A stretch of 61,707 bases of DNA from the NCBI GenBank assembly GCA_016840095.1, contig JAEOSZ010000058.1, positions 1 to 61,707 of the forward strand, read 5' to 3'. Below are positions 10,944 to 21,300 of this stretch, piece after piece. This stretch comes from Candidatus Heimdallarchaeota archaeon (GTDB lineage: Archaea > Asgardarchaeota > Heimdallarchaeia > Heimdallarchaeales > Heimdallarchaeaceae). The notes beneath the pieces are model-generated. The model did no database searches. It saw nothing but the letters and a program-made list of their open reading frames with translations, and was not told where the DNA came from. Position 1 is the first letter of the stretch, and each line of letters begins with the position of its first letter. The position numbers and the translations under genes are program-made.

Positions 10944-11744
10944 ATGAGTGAAGAATTTGTACGTTGTCCAGAGTGTGGGAATTTAAACATCAAAGGAACT
11001 AAATTATGTGTTTTCTGTGATGCAGATGTTTTAGAAGCTGAAGTAGTTACTCACGAGGTTGAAGCTCCTCCTGAAATCGCTGAAATTCCATCTGCTGTAG
11101 ATACATCTCCTGGTACTCAAGAGGAAGCTGAAGAAGAACCAGTTGCTCCTAAAATGCCTGATTTTGACAAGATTGATACTCCAGCTGAAAAGAAAAAAGA
11201 GATTACTATTACTGATGCTGTTGGAAAGGAATATAGTTTAATTTCCAAATTATTGTTTATTTCACTCTTCACAATTATTGTTTCAATCATACATTATTCT
11301 ATTAACTTCTTAATAGCACTAGCTTCTATAGATTTTGATGCTGCTGCTAGAAGCTTAGACGTCATAACTTTTCTATCCAATATATTAGATAACATGTACA
11401 TCAGAGGTGTTTCATTATTACTTTGCATTCCATTTGCTATTTTAGTAGGATATGTTCTTGGAAAAATTGTAAGAAAATACACAACCTCAAAGAAGAGTAC
11501 AATCATTTGGGTTATTTTTAGTTATATTCTGAATGTTATTCTGAATGTGGTATTCACAGTTGCTCTAATCTTCATAACAGATGCTTGGAATAATAGTACT
11601 GTAATGTTTATCTGGATGGCTGGAGCTGCATTCATATTTGTAGTAACACTTGTAATAACTCTGTTTATACCAATGATTTCAGGATCCTTTCTTATCTTTA
11701 AAAATATAGACAAAGTATTCTTCAGAGGTAAATATACTGATTAA
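10944..11744 (+). CDS. Zinc-ribbon membrane protein
   Basis: CPECG...CVFC, acidic Pro-rich linker, about 4 TM helices. Confidence 0.7.
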   Translation: MSEEFVRCPECGNLNIKGTKLCVFCDADVLEAEVVTHEVEAPPEIAEIPSAVDTSPGTQEEAEEEPVAPKMPDFDKIDTPAEKKKEITITDAVGKEYSLISKLLFISLFTIIVSIIHYSINFLIALASIDFDAAARSLDVITFLSNILDNMYIRGVSLLLCIPFAILVGYVLGKIVRKYTTSKKSTIIWVIFSYILNVILNVVFTVALIFITDAWNNSTVMFIWMAGAAFIFVVTLVITLFIPMISGSFLIFKNIDKVFFRGKYTD

Positions 11745-11758
11745 GTAGTGGTGTAATT

Positions 11759-12196
11759 TTGGGTTTTGATGATAAATTTTCCAAATTTCTTAAACATGAA
11801 ATAGATTCAATAAATATGCATCTACCAAAGAAGAGAGTATCTCTGAGATTGGCTCTAGAAGGTTACAACTATTATATAAGTAAAGAAAATACCAAGCTAT
11901 ACATTGATAAAAATGAAGTAGAGTTAATTAGCTCTTTGTGTCCAGAAGAAAAAACTTCCTCTCTTCTTCTACCTATTTTAATTGTAAGAAGAAGGGATAT
12001 AGGACAAGGAACTTATGTCATTTCTGGTGAGTTGGTAGAGCAATATGTTGTGTTACTGGCATTAGACAAAATTAGTAAAGATTGGAAAACTTGGTTGAAA
12101 GAACAATCATCTTCAAAGGAAGTCTATCTTTACAAACCTGATTTAATTTCATTAAGAAAGAAACTTCCTACAAGCACTGTAATTGGTTTCTCATAA
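11759..12196 (+). CDS. DUF61/UPF0216-family archaeal protein
   Basis: EIxxINxHLPxxRxSL, LxLPI and C-terminal YKPDLxxLRKKLPTSTVIGF patterns; TTG start after GGTG. Confidence 0.75.
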   Translation: MGFDDKFSKFLKHEIDSINMHLPKKRVSLRLALEGYNYYISKENTKLYIDKNEVELISSLCPEEKTSSLLLPILIVRRRDIGQGTYVISGELVEQYVVLLALDKISKDWKTWLKEQSSSKEVYLYKPDLISLRKKLPTSTVIGFS

Positions 12197-12270
12197 ATGG
12201 AATGCAAATTTTCAAAGATATTCAAAGATTTTGAGAAAAGATTTTAACATTACATTGAAAAAGCATTATC

Positions 12271-13455
12271 ATGAATAAATATGCGATTTCAAAAGATAAT
12301 CATCTTAAAAGAATTGAGAAAATAAGAAATTTTATGGAAAAAGAAGAGCTTGGTTCTATGGTTTTCTTTAGTCCATTATCTATTTACTATCTAACAGGTT
12401 ACCACTTTATACCAACAGAAAGACCAATCTGTCTTGTTCTACCTATGTCTGAGGAACCTTGGTTCTATGTTCCTCGTTTAGAACAAGAACATCTTATAGA
12501 AAAAATTCCTTGGGTTGAAAGAGAAATATACTTTGAATACCCTGACAAAAAGCATCCTGCAAACATTTTCATTGATCGACTTGAAGAAAGGAAAGTAACA
12601 AGCTCAAAAATTGGTATGGAATCACCATCATTCTCTAGTTATTGGGGATATGAAGGGCCTAATCTAACGGAATTACTAGAAGGCAAAACTAAAACTGAAC
12701 TGTACCCAATCCTAATCAGAGAAATGAGGAAAATCAAGGATGATGAAGAACTCCGTTTGATCAGAATCTCAGCTAAATATGGTGATTTAGCTCACAGATT
12801 ATTACAGGAGTATACTGCTGAAGGTAAGAATGAAGTTGAGGTTTCTTTACAAGCTTGTAGAGAAGCTTCAGAAAAAATGCTTAATGATTTAGAAGGTTTC
12901 ATTCCTAGAGGTTTGCTTCCAGCTGGAGCTGGTTATAGAGGTCAAATAGGTGAATGGTCAGCTATACCTCATTCTGTAATTCAAAAAACTATTTTCAAAA
13001 AAGGAGATGTACTAGTAACAGGTGCTTCTGCTAATGTTTCAGGATATCACTCTGAACTGGAAAGAACAATGTTTATCGGACCTCCTGATGAGAAACAGAA
13101 AAAATACTTTGAAGCTATGAAAAAATCTCAAGATGCGGCTTTAGATGCATTTAAACCAGACATACCATGTAGCGAAGTTGATAAAGCAGCAATAAAAGTG
13201 CTCAAAGATGAAGGAGTGTATCATCTAGCTCAACATCACACAGGTCATGCTATAGGACTTGAAGGACATGAAGCACCTTTCTTAGATATTGGTGTTGAGG
13301 AGATACTAAAACCAGGAATGGTTTTAACATGTGAACCTGGAATATATGAGTACAAGTTTGGAGGTTTTCGACACTCTGATACTGTGATAATAACTGAAGA
13401 TGGTTCTGAATTAATTACTCCTTATCCAAGAGATCTTGATGATTTAATAATCTAA
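12271..13455 (+). CDS. M24B Xaa-Pro aminopeptidase/creatinase-family protein
   Basis: Creatinase N-domain, HHTGHAIGLEGHE, TCEPGIY, GFRHSDTV. Confidence 0.88.
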   Translation: MNKYAISKDNHLKRIEKIRNFMEKEELGSMVFFSPLSIYYLTGYHFIPTERPICLVLPMSEEPWFYVPRLEQEHLIEKIPWVEREIYFEYPDKKHPANIFIDRLEERKVTSSKIGMESPSFSSYWGYEGPNLTELLEGKTKTELYPILIREMRKIKDDEELRLIRISAKYGDLAHRLLQEYTAEGKNEVEVSLQACREASEKMLNDLEGFIPRGLLPAGAGYRGQIGEWSAIPHSVIQKTIFKKGDVLVTGASANVSGYHSELERTMFIGPPDEKQKKYFEAMKKSQDAALDAFKPDIPCSEVDKAAIKVLKDEGVYHLAQHHTGHAIGLEGHEAPFLDIGVEEILKPGMVLTCEPGIYEYKFGGFRHSDTVIITEDGSELITPYPRDLDDLII

Positions 13456-13466
13456 AATTTCTCTCT

Positions 13467-14387
13467 CTATTTTCTTTTTGTTAAGATAGTTATTTTATCC
13501 TCATTGATGAAAATAGTTTCCTCTTCTTGAGTTACTGGAGAATCTGTAGCTTCAACTAGTACTGGATAACCATGGACAATATTACGTTTTAGAAGAGATA
13601 GTTTTGTTTTATGTATTTTCTCTTTGGAAAATCCAGCATTATAAACCCATCTCCAGCTAAATGGTAATCCATGGAAATTCTCATCAATGTAGCGATAAAT
13701 CTCCCTGATTTGATTCGGAAGAACTGATGCATCAATCTCCCTATAGTGTCTGAAAATTGTTTCTTGTTCTGTGTCAACTACTCGACCAATACCTGATGTA
13801 ACAAACGGTTCAATTGCATAGGCATTTCCAGCTTTGAAAACATGTGAAGAATCCCTTGCTTCTTTTGAAACACTATAATTTGGAATTGATATACCATCAT
13901 GAAGAGAATAGTGTGACAATGAATGCCCACTTAGATTTACAATTGGTTTAAAGCCTTCTTTTTCAATAGTTTTTTGAACAATTTCTCCTACTTTGAAGAC
14001 GCTTTCATTTACTTTTACAATATCCAAGGCATCATTTAGAGCTTTCCGAGCCAAATCTTTCATTGGCTTCCACTTTTTGTCTAACACTATTGTTCTAGCT
14101 GCATCAGTCAGATAACCATCTACTGATACACCACAGTCAATTTTAACTATAGATTTTTCGGGAATAACACTTACATCTTGAATTGTTGGAGAGTAATGTG
14201 CTGCTATCTCATTGATAGAAATATTAAGAGGAAAAGCTGGTAATGCTTTATGTTTACGGATGTATTCTTCTGTTTGCTCTGCAATATCCAATAACTTCAT
14301 CCCCGGTTTTATAATGCTTTCAGCAAATTCGAGAGTCTTAGCTAAGATTTGTCCAGATTTTTCATATTTCTCGAATGAATTATCCAT
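13467..14387 (-). CDS. map: Methionine aminopeptidase type II
   Basis: AFPxNISINEIAAHYSP, KIDCGVSVDGYLTDAART, NLSGH, AIEPF, and the type II helical insert (LPF). Confidence 0.93.
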   Translation of the reverse strand: MDNSFEKYEKSGQILAKTLEFAESIIKPGMKLLDIAEQTEEYIRKHKALPAFPLNISINEIAAHYSPTIQDVSVIPEKSIVKIDCGVSVDGYLTDAARTIVLDKKWKPMKDLARKALNDALDIVKVNESVFKVGEIVQKTIEKEGFKPIVNLSGHSLSHYSLHDGISIPNYSVSKEARDSSHVFKAGNAYAIEPFVTSGIGRVVDTEQETIFRHYREIDASVLPNQIREIYRYIDENFHGLPFSWRWVYNAGFSKEKIHKTKLSLLKRNIVHGYPVLVEATDSPVTQEEETIFINEDKITILTKRK

Positions 14388-14443
14388 TGTTTTTCTACCT
14401 TGTTAGCTTCTAAACTTTGATATCTCATTTATTAGTTGTGCTT

Positions 14444-14863
14444 TTACCGATTTTTATTTTTGATTTGCCCTAGAGTGGAATAAAGAGTATCACCTATGAT
14501 TGTTGATATTAAAGTTGTTTTTGTATTTCCTCTTGTGCCAATAGTTTCAAAGAATCCAAGATCTCTTAGTTTTGTAATGTTCCATTTAGTAGTTGAAAAT
14601 GAAATATCCAATCGATCTGAGATAATCTCAGCTAATCTGTTAAGAGATGTTCTTTTTCTTTCTAGAAATCTATATCCTTCAAAGAAAATTTCTTTTTGTT
14701 TATCATTTAACTGCTCAAACAGTATGATCAAACTCTGATTAAGTAAATCAAACAAAAATAAGTTATCTTCTTCAAGTTTCCTTATCCTCTCTTGAGCAAA
14801 GGCTATCCCTTCTTCTAAATAGTCCAAGCCTTCCAGCTTTGCGGGATTTAACAAAACGTTCAC
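14444..14863 (-). CDS. Winged-helix DNA-binding protein (putative)
   Basis: SLNRLAEIIS..LDISFSTTKWNITKLRDLGFF HTH followed by a wing; divergent from the ATPase operon. Confidence 0.6.
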   Translation of the reverse strand: MNVLLNPAKLEGLDYLEEGIAFAQERIRKLEEDNLFLFDLLNQSLIILFEQLNDKQKEIFFEGYRFLERKRTSLNRLAEIISDRLDISFSTTKWNITKLRDLGFFETIGTRGNTKTTLISTIIGDTLYSTLGQIKNKNR

Positions 14864-15027
14864 CTATCATATTTTACACCTCTGCTTTGAGTTATGATAC
14901 TTCTTGCACTAACCCTTTTAATTTTTTCTACTTACAAGTAAGACATACTTTAAGAATGAAATACAACAGAGTCACTTTTGGTCAATTAAAATCTATAGCT
15001 TTAGTGAATATTATGAACATTCATAGA

Positions 15028-15075
15028 TTTTATAAGATACGGTTAATATTAACAGAATAGAATTAAAAGTGAGGT
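15028..15075 (+). promoter_or_regulatory. Putative promoter of the ATPase operon: TATA box, palindrome and SD
   Basis: TTTTATAA at 15028-15035, perfect palindrome GTTAATATTAAC at 15042-15053, GAGGT before the ATG at 15079. Confidence 0.45.
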
Positions 15076-15078
15076 CAA

Positions 15079-16842
15079 ATGAGTACTCAAGATTCGAATC
15101 TTTTCCTACCCTGCAATCCTGACGATTTTTATGGATCAAGGGATTTAATAAAAGATTTTACAGACATAACTGAAGAAATGAGCAAAGAAGGTGAAAAAAC
15201 TCATTCTATACTCGTTATAGGAGATGAAGGAACTGGAAAAAGCTCACTTCTAAAGAAATTATCAACATATATTCCTGTTAGGAAAGATGCATCTCATTTA
15301 TTTGATTTAGTTCCTGAAGAAGAAAATCTTCTCAACTTTTTCAAAGAATGGAAAAACATGATTGATGAACTGTCTCCAGCTTGGAGATCTGTTCTAGAAA
15401 AAGTAGGAAAGAAAAAACTTGGAGATGATCTTCCAGCTCTTAGAGATAAAATCAAAAAACAAGCATCTCAAACATACATAGAAACTTATGTTAATCTGTT
15501 TTTAGAAAGTCTGGATAAAGTAAATCAAAAATTAATGGAAACACAATCGACTTTGTATTTCTTTATTGATAATATACACTTATTCAAATTGATGGATATA
15601 CAGGAGTTCTATCCCATTTTTTCAACAATTATTAAGAAAATATCATCTAGAGGTTACAGATTAGTTGTAATCTCAGCTTTCACTAATCAATATCTTTTCG
15701 ATTTTGATTATGAAAAGAATTTAACTGAAAATTCAAAAATCTTCAGTATAAATCCTTTATCAGTTTCCGAAACTGAAATTTATTTGAGGAGAATTGCACC
15801 AGAATTTGTGAATAAAGGAATCTTAGAACTTGCAAATAACAGCCAAAGAAGCTTTTTTGATCTTAATCTAGGTAATTTCTTTGTCCAATCAGGATATGAA
15901 ATGGATGACTTTGTAGAACGAAATATACCAAAGATATTCGAATTAACCGATGAAGAAGAATCTGTTTTGGCTGAAATGGCTTCATATAATGAAAATTTGT
16001 TTCCAATTGAGCAAATAACTGCATATGTTCCATTAACTGCAATTAAGTCACTTGAAGAGAAAGGATTTTTATGGGTAGGAACGACTCATACACGATTAGT
16101 TCAAGAATCATTGTTAACAGCAATGAAATTTAGAATGCGATTATTTAGTCCTTTAACATCTTTAATGGTGGCTCTTGATACAATACTAGAAAATCTTGGA
16201 AAGCAAATTTCACCAACAGATAAAGCGATTGAAAAAGTAGGGAAACTATCAGAAAAGATTAGAGATAGACTTGCTGATTTTGCCGTTGCATCAAAGATTC
16301 AAAAAATAGCAAATATCTGTATAGAAAGAAAGATGTATCAAAAAGCATTTGACTTGACTTTGATAAATACAAAACAATTTGAGCAGATAAAAGAGCTAGA
16401 ACAAGCTGGAGCTTTTTGTGAAAGAATCGCGAGAGAATTTGAGGAGAAGAATTTCTATTTTGCAGCAAGACTTTACTTGAAATCCGCTTCCTACTACAAA
16501 GCAGTAGAAGAGGATCTTAAAGCAAATCGATCATATGCTCGAGCTGCAGATCAGTTTGAAAAACTTTCAGTATCTCTTCCAGTAGAAAAGAGCGAATATG
16601 CTGTTAGAGGATATCTAAAATCAAGCCTTGACTGCTATAAAAATATGGGAGATAAAAATAACTTTGACAGGTTGAGGAAGAAAGCAATTGAGCTGTTTGA
16701 TAAAGAGAGCATACATCATGATTATTTTACAAACATGATATACGAAAAAGAAGAGGAAGTAATAATTCCTGAAGAAGATCCAAAGCCAAAGGAAATAGAA
16801 GAAATTTCTATAGAAAATATTGAGAAAGAATTGGATTTTTAG
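15079..16842 (+). CDS. STAND/archaeal-ATPase-like P-loop NTPase with winged helix and C-terminal SNAP/TPR-like repeats
   Basis: FYGSRD N-motif, Walker A GDEGTGKS, Walker B YFFIDN, PLSVSE, wHTH (LTDEE...SLEEKGFL), repeats such as AARLYLKSASYY and ANRSYARAADQF. Confidence 0.7.
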   Translation: MSTQDSNLFLPCNPDDFYGSRDLIKDFTDITEEMSKEGEKTHSILVIGDEGTGKSSLLKKLSTYIPVRKDASHLFDLVPEEENLLNFFKEWKNMIDELSPAWRSVLEKVGKKKLGDDLPALRDKIKKQASQTYIETYVNLFLESLDKVNQKLMETQSTLYFFIDNIHLFKLMDIQEFYPIFSTIIKKISSRGYRLVVISAFTNQYLFDFDYEKNLTENSKIFSINPLSVSETEIYLRRIAPEFVNKGILELANNSQRSFFDLNLGNFFVQSGYEMDDFVERNIPKIFELTDEEESVLAEMASYNENLFPIEQITAYVPLTAIKSLEEKGFLWVGTTHTRLVQESLLTAMKFRMRLFSPLTSLMVALDTILENLGKQISPTDKAIEKVGKLSEKIRDRLADFAVASKIQKIANICIERKMYQKAFDLTLINTKQFEQIKELEQAGAFCERIAREFEEKNFYFAARLYLKSASYYKAVEEDLKANRSYARAADQFEKLSVSLPVEKSEYAVRGYLKSSLDCYKNMGDKNNFDRLRKKAIELFDKESIHHDYFTNMIYEKEEEVIIPEEDPKPKEIEEISIENIEKELDF

Positions 16843-18300
16843 GTGAGTAGGATGTCAGAAAGAATAACAAAAGATTTAGAAAAAGTAAAAAGAGAAATTG
16901 AAAATTTAGATAGTGAAATTGTAAATTTTAGGGAATCACTAGAGAATTTGCAGGAATTACATCAATTCTATCAGATTCTTGCAACTTTAGTTCAAAACAA
17001 GTTTATAGGTTTGAATGATAATCTACGCAATTTGATCGAATCAAACAAAGAATCATTAAATGAATTAATTGCAACTAATGTTGATGAAGAAAAGAAATTA
17101 CTCAGTGAATGGACAACCACACAAACAGATACTGTTGTAACAAAGTTGAATAATACCAAAGAACAATTAGCGGAGCTACAAGATTCAGTTTCCTCCATTC
17201 TTGAAGAAGGAAAAGTGAATTTTGAAGAATATTCCTCCTCTTTTGGAGAGAAAATTAGAAATACTCTGACAAACCATGAGCAAGATTTAGAACGTTTAGC
17301 AAATAACCAGGTAAATGCATTCAGAAAAGCAATTACAGGCGTAAAAGAAGATGTTAGTTCAGTAAGAGGAAATAATCTCTCTACTTTTAAGAAGAATTCA
17401 GATGATATGAGAAATCAGCTTGAATCAAATATTAATATAGCTCAAAACATCATGAAGGAATCAATAGAGCATTTAAGAGCCGAATATGGAGATAAATTAA
17501 CTGAAAACATGGAATCTGTTTTTGAGAGCTTTAACAGAATAAAAAGTGAATTAGGACAGCTTGTAAACAATGCTGTTCAAAGAATACAATCAGAATTATC
17601 AGATGTTACTGACTCAATGGACAAATATCTTGTTGATGAAATTGCAAAAGTGCAAGATGTTTTAGCTGAATATGAGACAGGAATGATTGATGTCAATGAA
17701 GTTGCAATGACTAATTTCAACACTTCAAAAGAATCAATGTTAAGCTCATATGATAGTTTAACAAACAAACAGTATAATACACACGATTCAGAACTTAAAG
17801 AATTTGAAAATGGTTTCACTGGAAAAGTAGATGAAATTCTTGCTACTCTCTCAGAACAGTCTGATTCTGTAAAACAAGAAATCAAATCCTTTGTGACTTC
17901 AGAACAAGATGATGTGAAAAATCATTTAGATGGTATATTAAATACAGTTGTAGATAAATCAGAAGAACTGAAGAGCAATGCTAAATCTACAGCTGATGAA
18001 AGAATTTCTGTTCTTGAAAATGAAATCGCTGATATCAAATCGTCGTTAGAAAGAACAAGTCAGCAAATCGTAACCAGAATAGATTCTACTCAGAGAGATA
18101 TTGTTGCAGATATTTCATCAATGTCTTCGAATGCTAAGAGCAAGATTGTGGAAACACAGGATTCAACTGTTTCTAATCTTGAAATAGAAGCAAAGGATAA
18201 TATCAAGAAAGCTGAGCAAGCTGAAAAATTAAGGAAGGATCTCTTAGGTCGTTTGGAAAGACTAGAGAGAAATCTGGAAACAATTAAAGATCAATTATAG
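16843..18300 (+). CDS. Long soluble hendecad coiled-coil protein (485 aa)
   Basis: No Pro, no TM segment, continuous 11-residue hydrophobic periodicity; GTG start directly after the upstream TAG. Confidence 0.75.
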   Translation: MSRMSERITKDLEKVKREIENLDSEIVNFRESLENLQELHQFYQILATLVQNKFIGLNDNLRNLIESNKESLNELIATNVDEEKKLLSEWTTTQTDTVVTKLNNTKEQLAELQDSVSSILEEGKVNFEEYSSSFGEKIRNTLTNHEQDLERLANNQVNAFRKAITGVKEDVSSVRGNNLSTFKKNSDDMRNQLESNINIAQNIMKESIEHLRAEYGDKLTENMESVFESFNRIKSELGQLVNNAVQRIQSELSDVTDSMDKYLVDEIAKVQDVLAEYETGMIDVNEVAMTNFNTSKESMLSSYDSLTNKQYNTHDSELKEFENGFTGKVDEILATLSEQSDSVKQEIKSFVTSEQDDVKNHLDGILNTVVDKSEELKSNAKSTADERISVLENEIADIKSSLERTSQQIVTRIDSTQRDIVADISSMSSNAKSKIVETQDSTVSNLEIEAKDNIKKAEQAEKLRKDLLGRLERLERNLETIKDQL

Positions 18301-18304
18301 GATA

Positions 18305-21300
18305 GTGAATAAAATGGAAGGAACATTAGATAAAATTGGTTTATCAAAGGATGAAGTTCAAGTATATTCAACCATTGTTCAATATGGATATAGAACAATT
18401 GGACAAATTCAAACATATTACAAACAGCCTGTGGATACACTCAGAGGAGCTTTGAATAGTCTTGTTAGTAAAGGATATATCAGAGAAATTAAAGCAAAAA
18501 ATCAAGAAGGAACACCGTATTTCATCCCACTACCACCACAAATCAAGCTTACTGAGGATGTATCTATTCGTTTAGAAAACGAACTAAAAGCGTTAAGCGA
18601 TGATGTGAAAGAAGATTGGAATAAGACTATGAGTAATTTCAGATCACAGTTATCAGCTTTTCACGATAAGATCACTGAAAATGTTGACGGTCATGCATCT
18701 GAAGTTGCTTTAATAACTAACAATTTTCTAGAATCACTAACAAATGTTGTCTCCACTGGAAAAAGTGAAACAGCTGAGATGTTTAATAGACTAAAAACTG
18801 AGACTTCTAATATCTCTGCAACAAATAGCGATGCTATTGGGAAAACAGCACAAAGAGTTAAGGAGAATGTGCTTAATTCTTTTGACTCAACTATTCATAA
18901 AATCGGAGAACACCATGAAGCTTTCAAAATAAAGGTGGAGGAAAGATTAGGTTTCCTACAAAAAGAACATGATGATCGAACACAATTACAACTTGATGCA
19001 GTTCTTGAAAAAGTTGAAGGGATAAAAGAAAGCTTATCAGTTCAACTTCAGGAATTCACAGTAGCTGCTGAAGAAAGAAAAAATGTTATAGTAAAAATTA
19101 CAGATGAAGCTTCTAAAAAAGCTCTAGCAGATTCAAACGTAGTTGCGAGAGATTCTTCAAAGAAACTTTCAGACACTGTAAATAAAATAGTAGGAAATTA
19201 TGAAACTAAGCTTGATGAATATCAAGAGAGAGTTCAACAAATACTCATTTCCCTAAATGACGAGCTGAAAAAACTTGAAGAAGCAACTACTGACAGAATA
19301 AGAACTTCTATTGACAAATCTAAAGAGACAGCAGTTACTATCTTGAAGGAAAATGAGAATCAATTTGTAGATTTACTGAATAAAACAAAAGTTGATTCAG
19401 TAGAAAAGTTAGGTGATTTAATTACACAAACTGAAGCAAAGACTGAAGAGATGAAAGTAAAGCTAAGCAATCATTTAACTTCTTATCTTAAAGATTTCAA
19501 AAAGAATAGTGACAATCTTCTCTCTCTCCTTAATTCAGGAATAGAAAATGGTTTCAATTTGTTTGAAGAAAATCTCTCTTCATCAATAGAAAATGTTAGT
19601 GCTCAAATTAAGCTTTTTGTTGATGATATAATGTCAGCATTCAAAGAATCTACTAATTCTTATCTTGAGAAATTATCAAAAACAACAAACAAATATGAAA
19701 AAGATCTCAAAACCAAACAAGAAACCTTTACAGCTGCTCATAATGAGTTTAAAAACAGCTTTACTTCTCATATCAATGAGTTGAAATCCACAGTTGTTTC
19801 TAACATTGAACAAAACGTCAAAGAAAATGATGAATCGATTAAAAGCAAAGTATCTGAAATCGAAACTAAGTTTAAAACTGAAGTTGAAATTTTCTCTGAT
19901 GATTTTGCAAAAAGAGGAAGAGATGTTAGAGATGAAGTACCCAATGTGGTTCAGATTAATTATCAAGCAAGCCTTGAAAGATTAAAAGAGTTAGATGATC
20001 AACTCAAATCAGCAATAGCTAAAATTGAAGTAATTAACCAAGCATTCCAAGGTCTAGATGAAAAACAACTTCAGAAAGTTTTTGGAAAAGATGAAGGACC
20101 TAGAATGGCTCAATTAATCGGAAGTATGCGAAGAGATATAGAGCTTGTAAAAGATAATGTTGGAAACAAAATGGATGAAATGATTCAGACCTTCACTAGC
20201 TCAATGAACACTTTATCAACTGAGATATTTGAAAAAATGAATGCAAGGTTAGAAGAACTTACCAGATTTACATCAAATACTCTTCAGACAACAGAACAAT
20301 CTCTTGAAAGTTCAAGAACTCAAATTAGTACTCAATTTAAAACTTCTTTAGATGAAATGAAGAAATCAGTAGAAGATACATACTCTACCTATGAGGAGCA
20401 GTTTAATGAACTGCAAGGAACCAGCACCAAAGCTTTAGCTGATGTAGTTGGTGCAGAGTCAAAAGCGTTTTCAGATGTTACTAAATCCATTCGAGAATCT
20501 TTGGAAGAACTTCTTAAACCTCCAGATTCAACTGAAGGTGAAGAGAACCAAACACAAATTCATCTAACAATTCAAGATGGTCTTAATGCTCTTCAAACAA
20601 CCAAACAAGACATCCTAGAACTGATGAAGAAAAACAATGTAGAAGTGACAACTAATCTTCAAGATACCCTTAAAACAAACATTGACGAACATTCCCAACT
20701 AGTAACTAAAACAACTTCCTCAATGGATGGAACAATGAAATCTCTGCAGGGTGAATTTGAATCTGCTAAAAAAGCGCTTGATACAGATGTGTCCGTTACT
20801 CTAGATGAAGCCGCTCAAAATTATAGTGTTCAAACTTCAAAAGTTGAAACTGAAATCAATGATTTAATTGAACAAGAAGTTCAGCAGTTCATAGAAGGCA
20901 CAGAAGGCGTTCTAGCTGAATTGAATGTATCACCAGAGAAATCATCACAGCTTGATGAAGCTCTAGCTGTCACTAAAGGAGAACTTCAAACACTTAGTGC
21001 AGATTATCCAAAGTGGGTAAAAACTGATTCAGATTCATTTACAAATAAACTGGGTTCTGCTATAAAGGAATTTCAAGGAACTGCTCAAACAGAAATAGAT
21101 ACAATGTTTACAGGTGTTCAAAATGATCTTGAAAAATCCTATGAAAGAATGTCAACAGACTTTACAAATAATGTTACAGAAATACAAAATGAATTCGAAA
21201 AAGAGAAAAATGACTATGAACTTAATATGACACATCAAGTTAATAGTTTTATCACTAATTCGGATTCTAATTCATCAGCTCTTGTTACCAATATTCAAGG

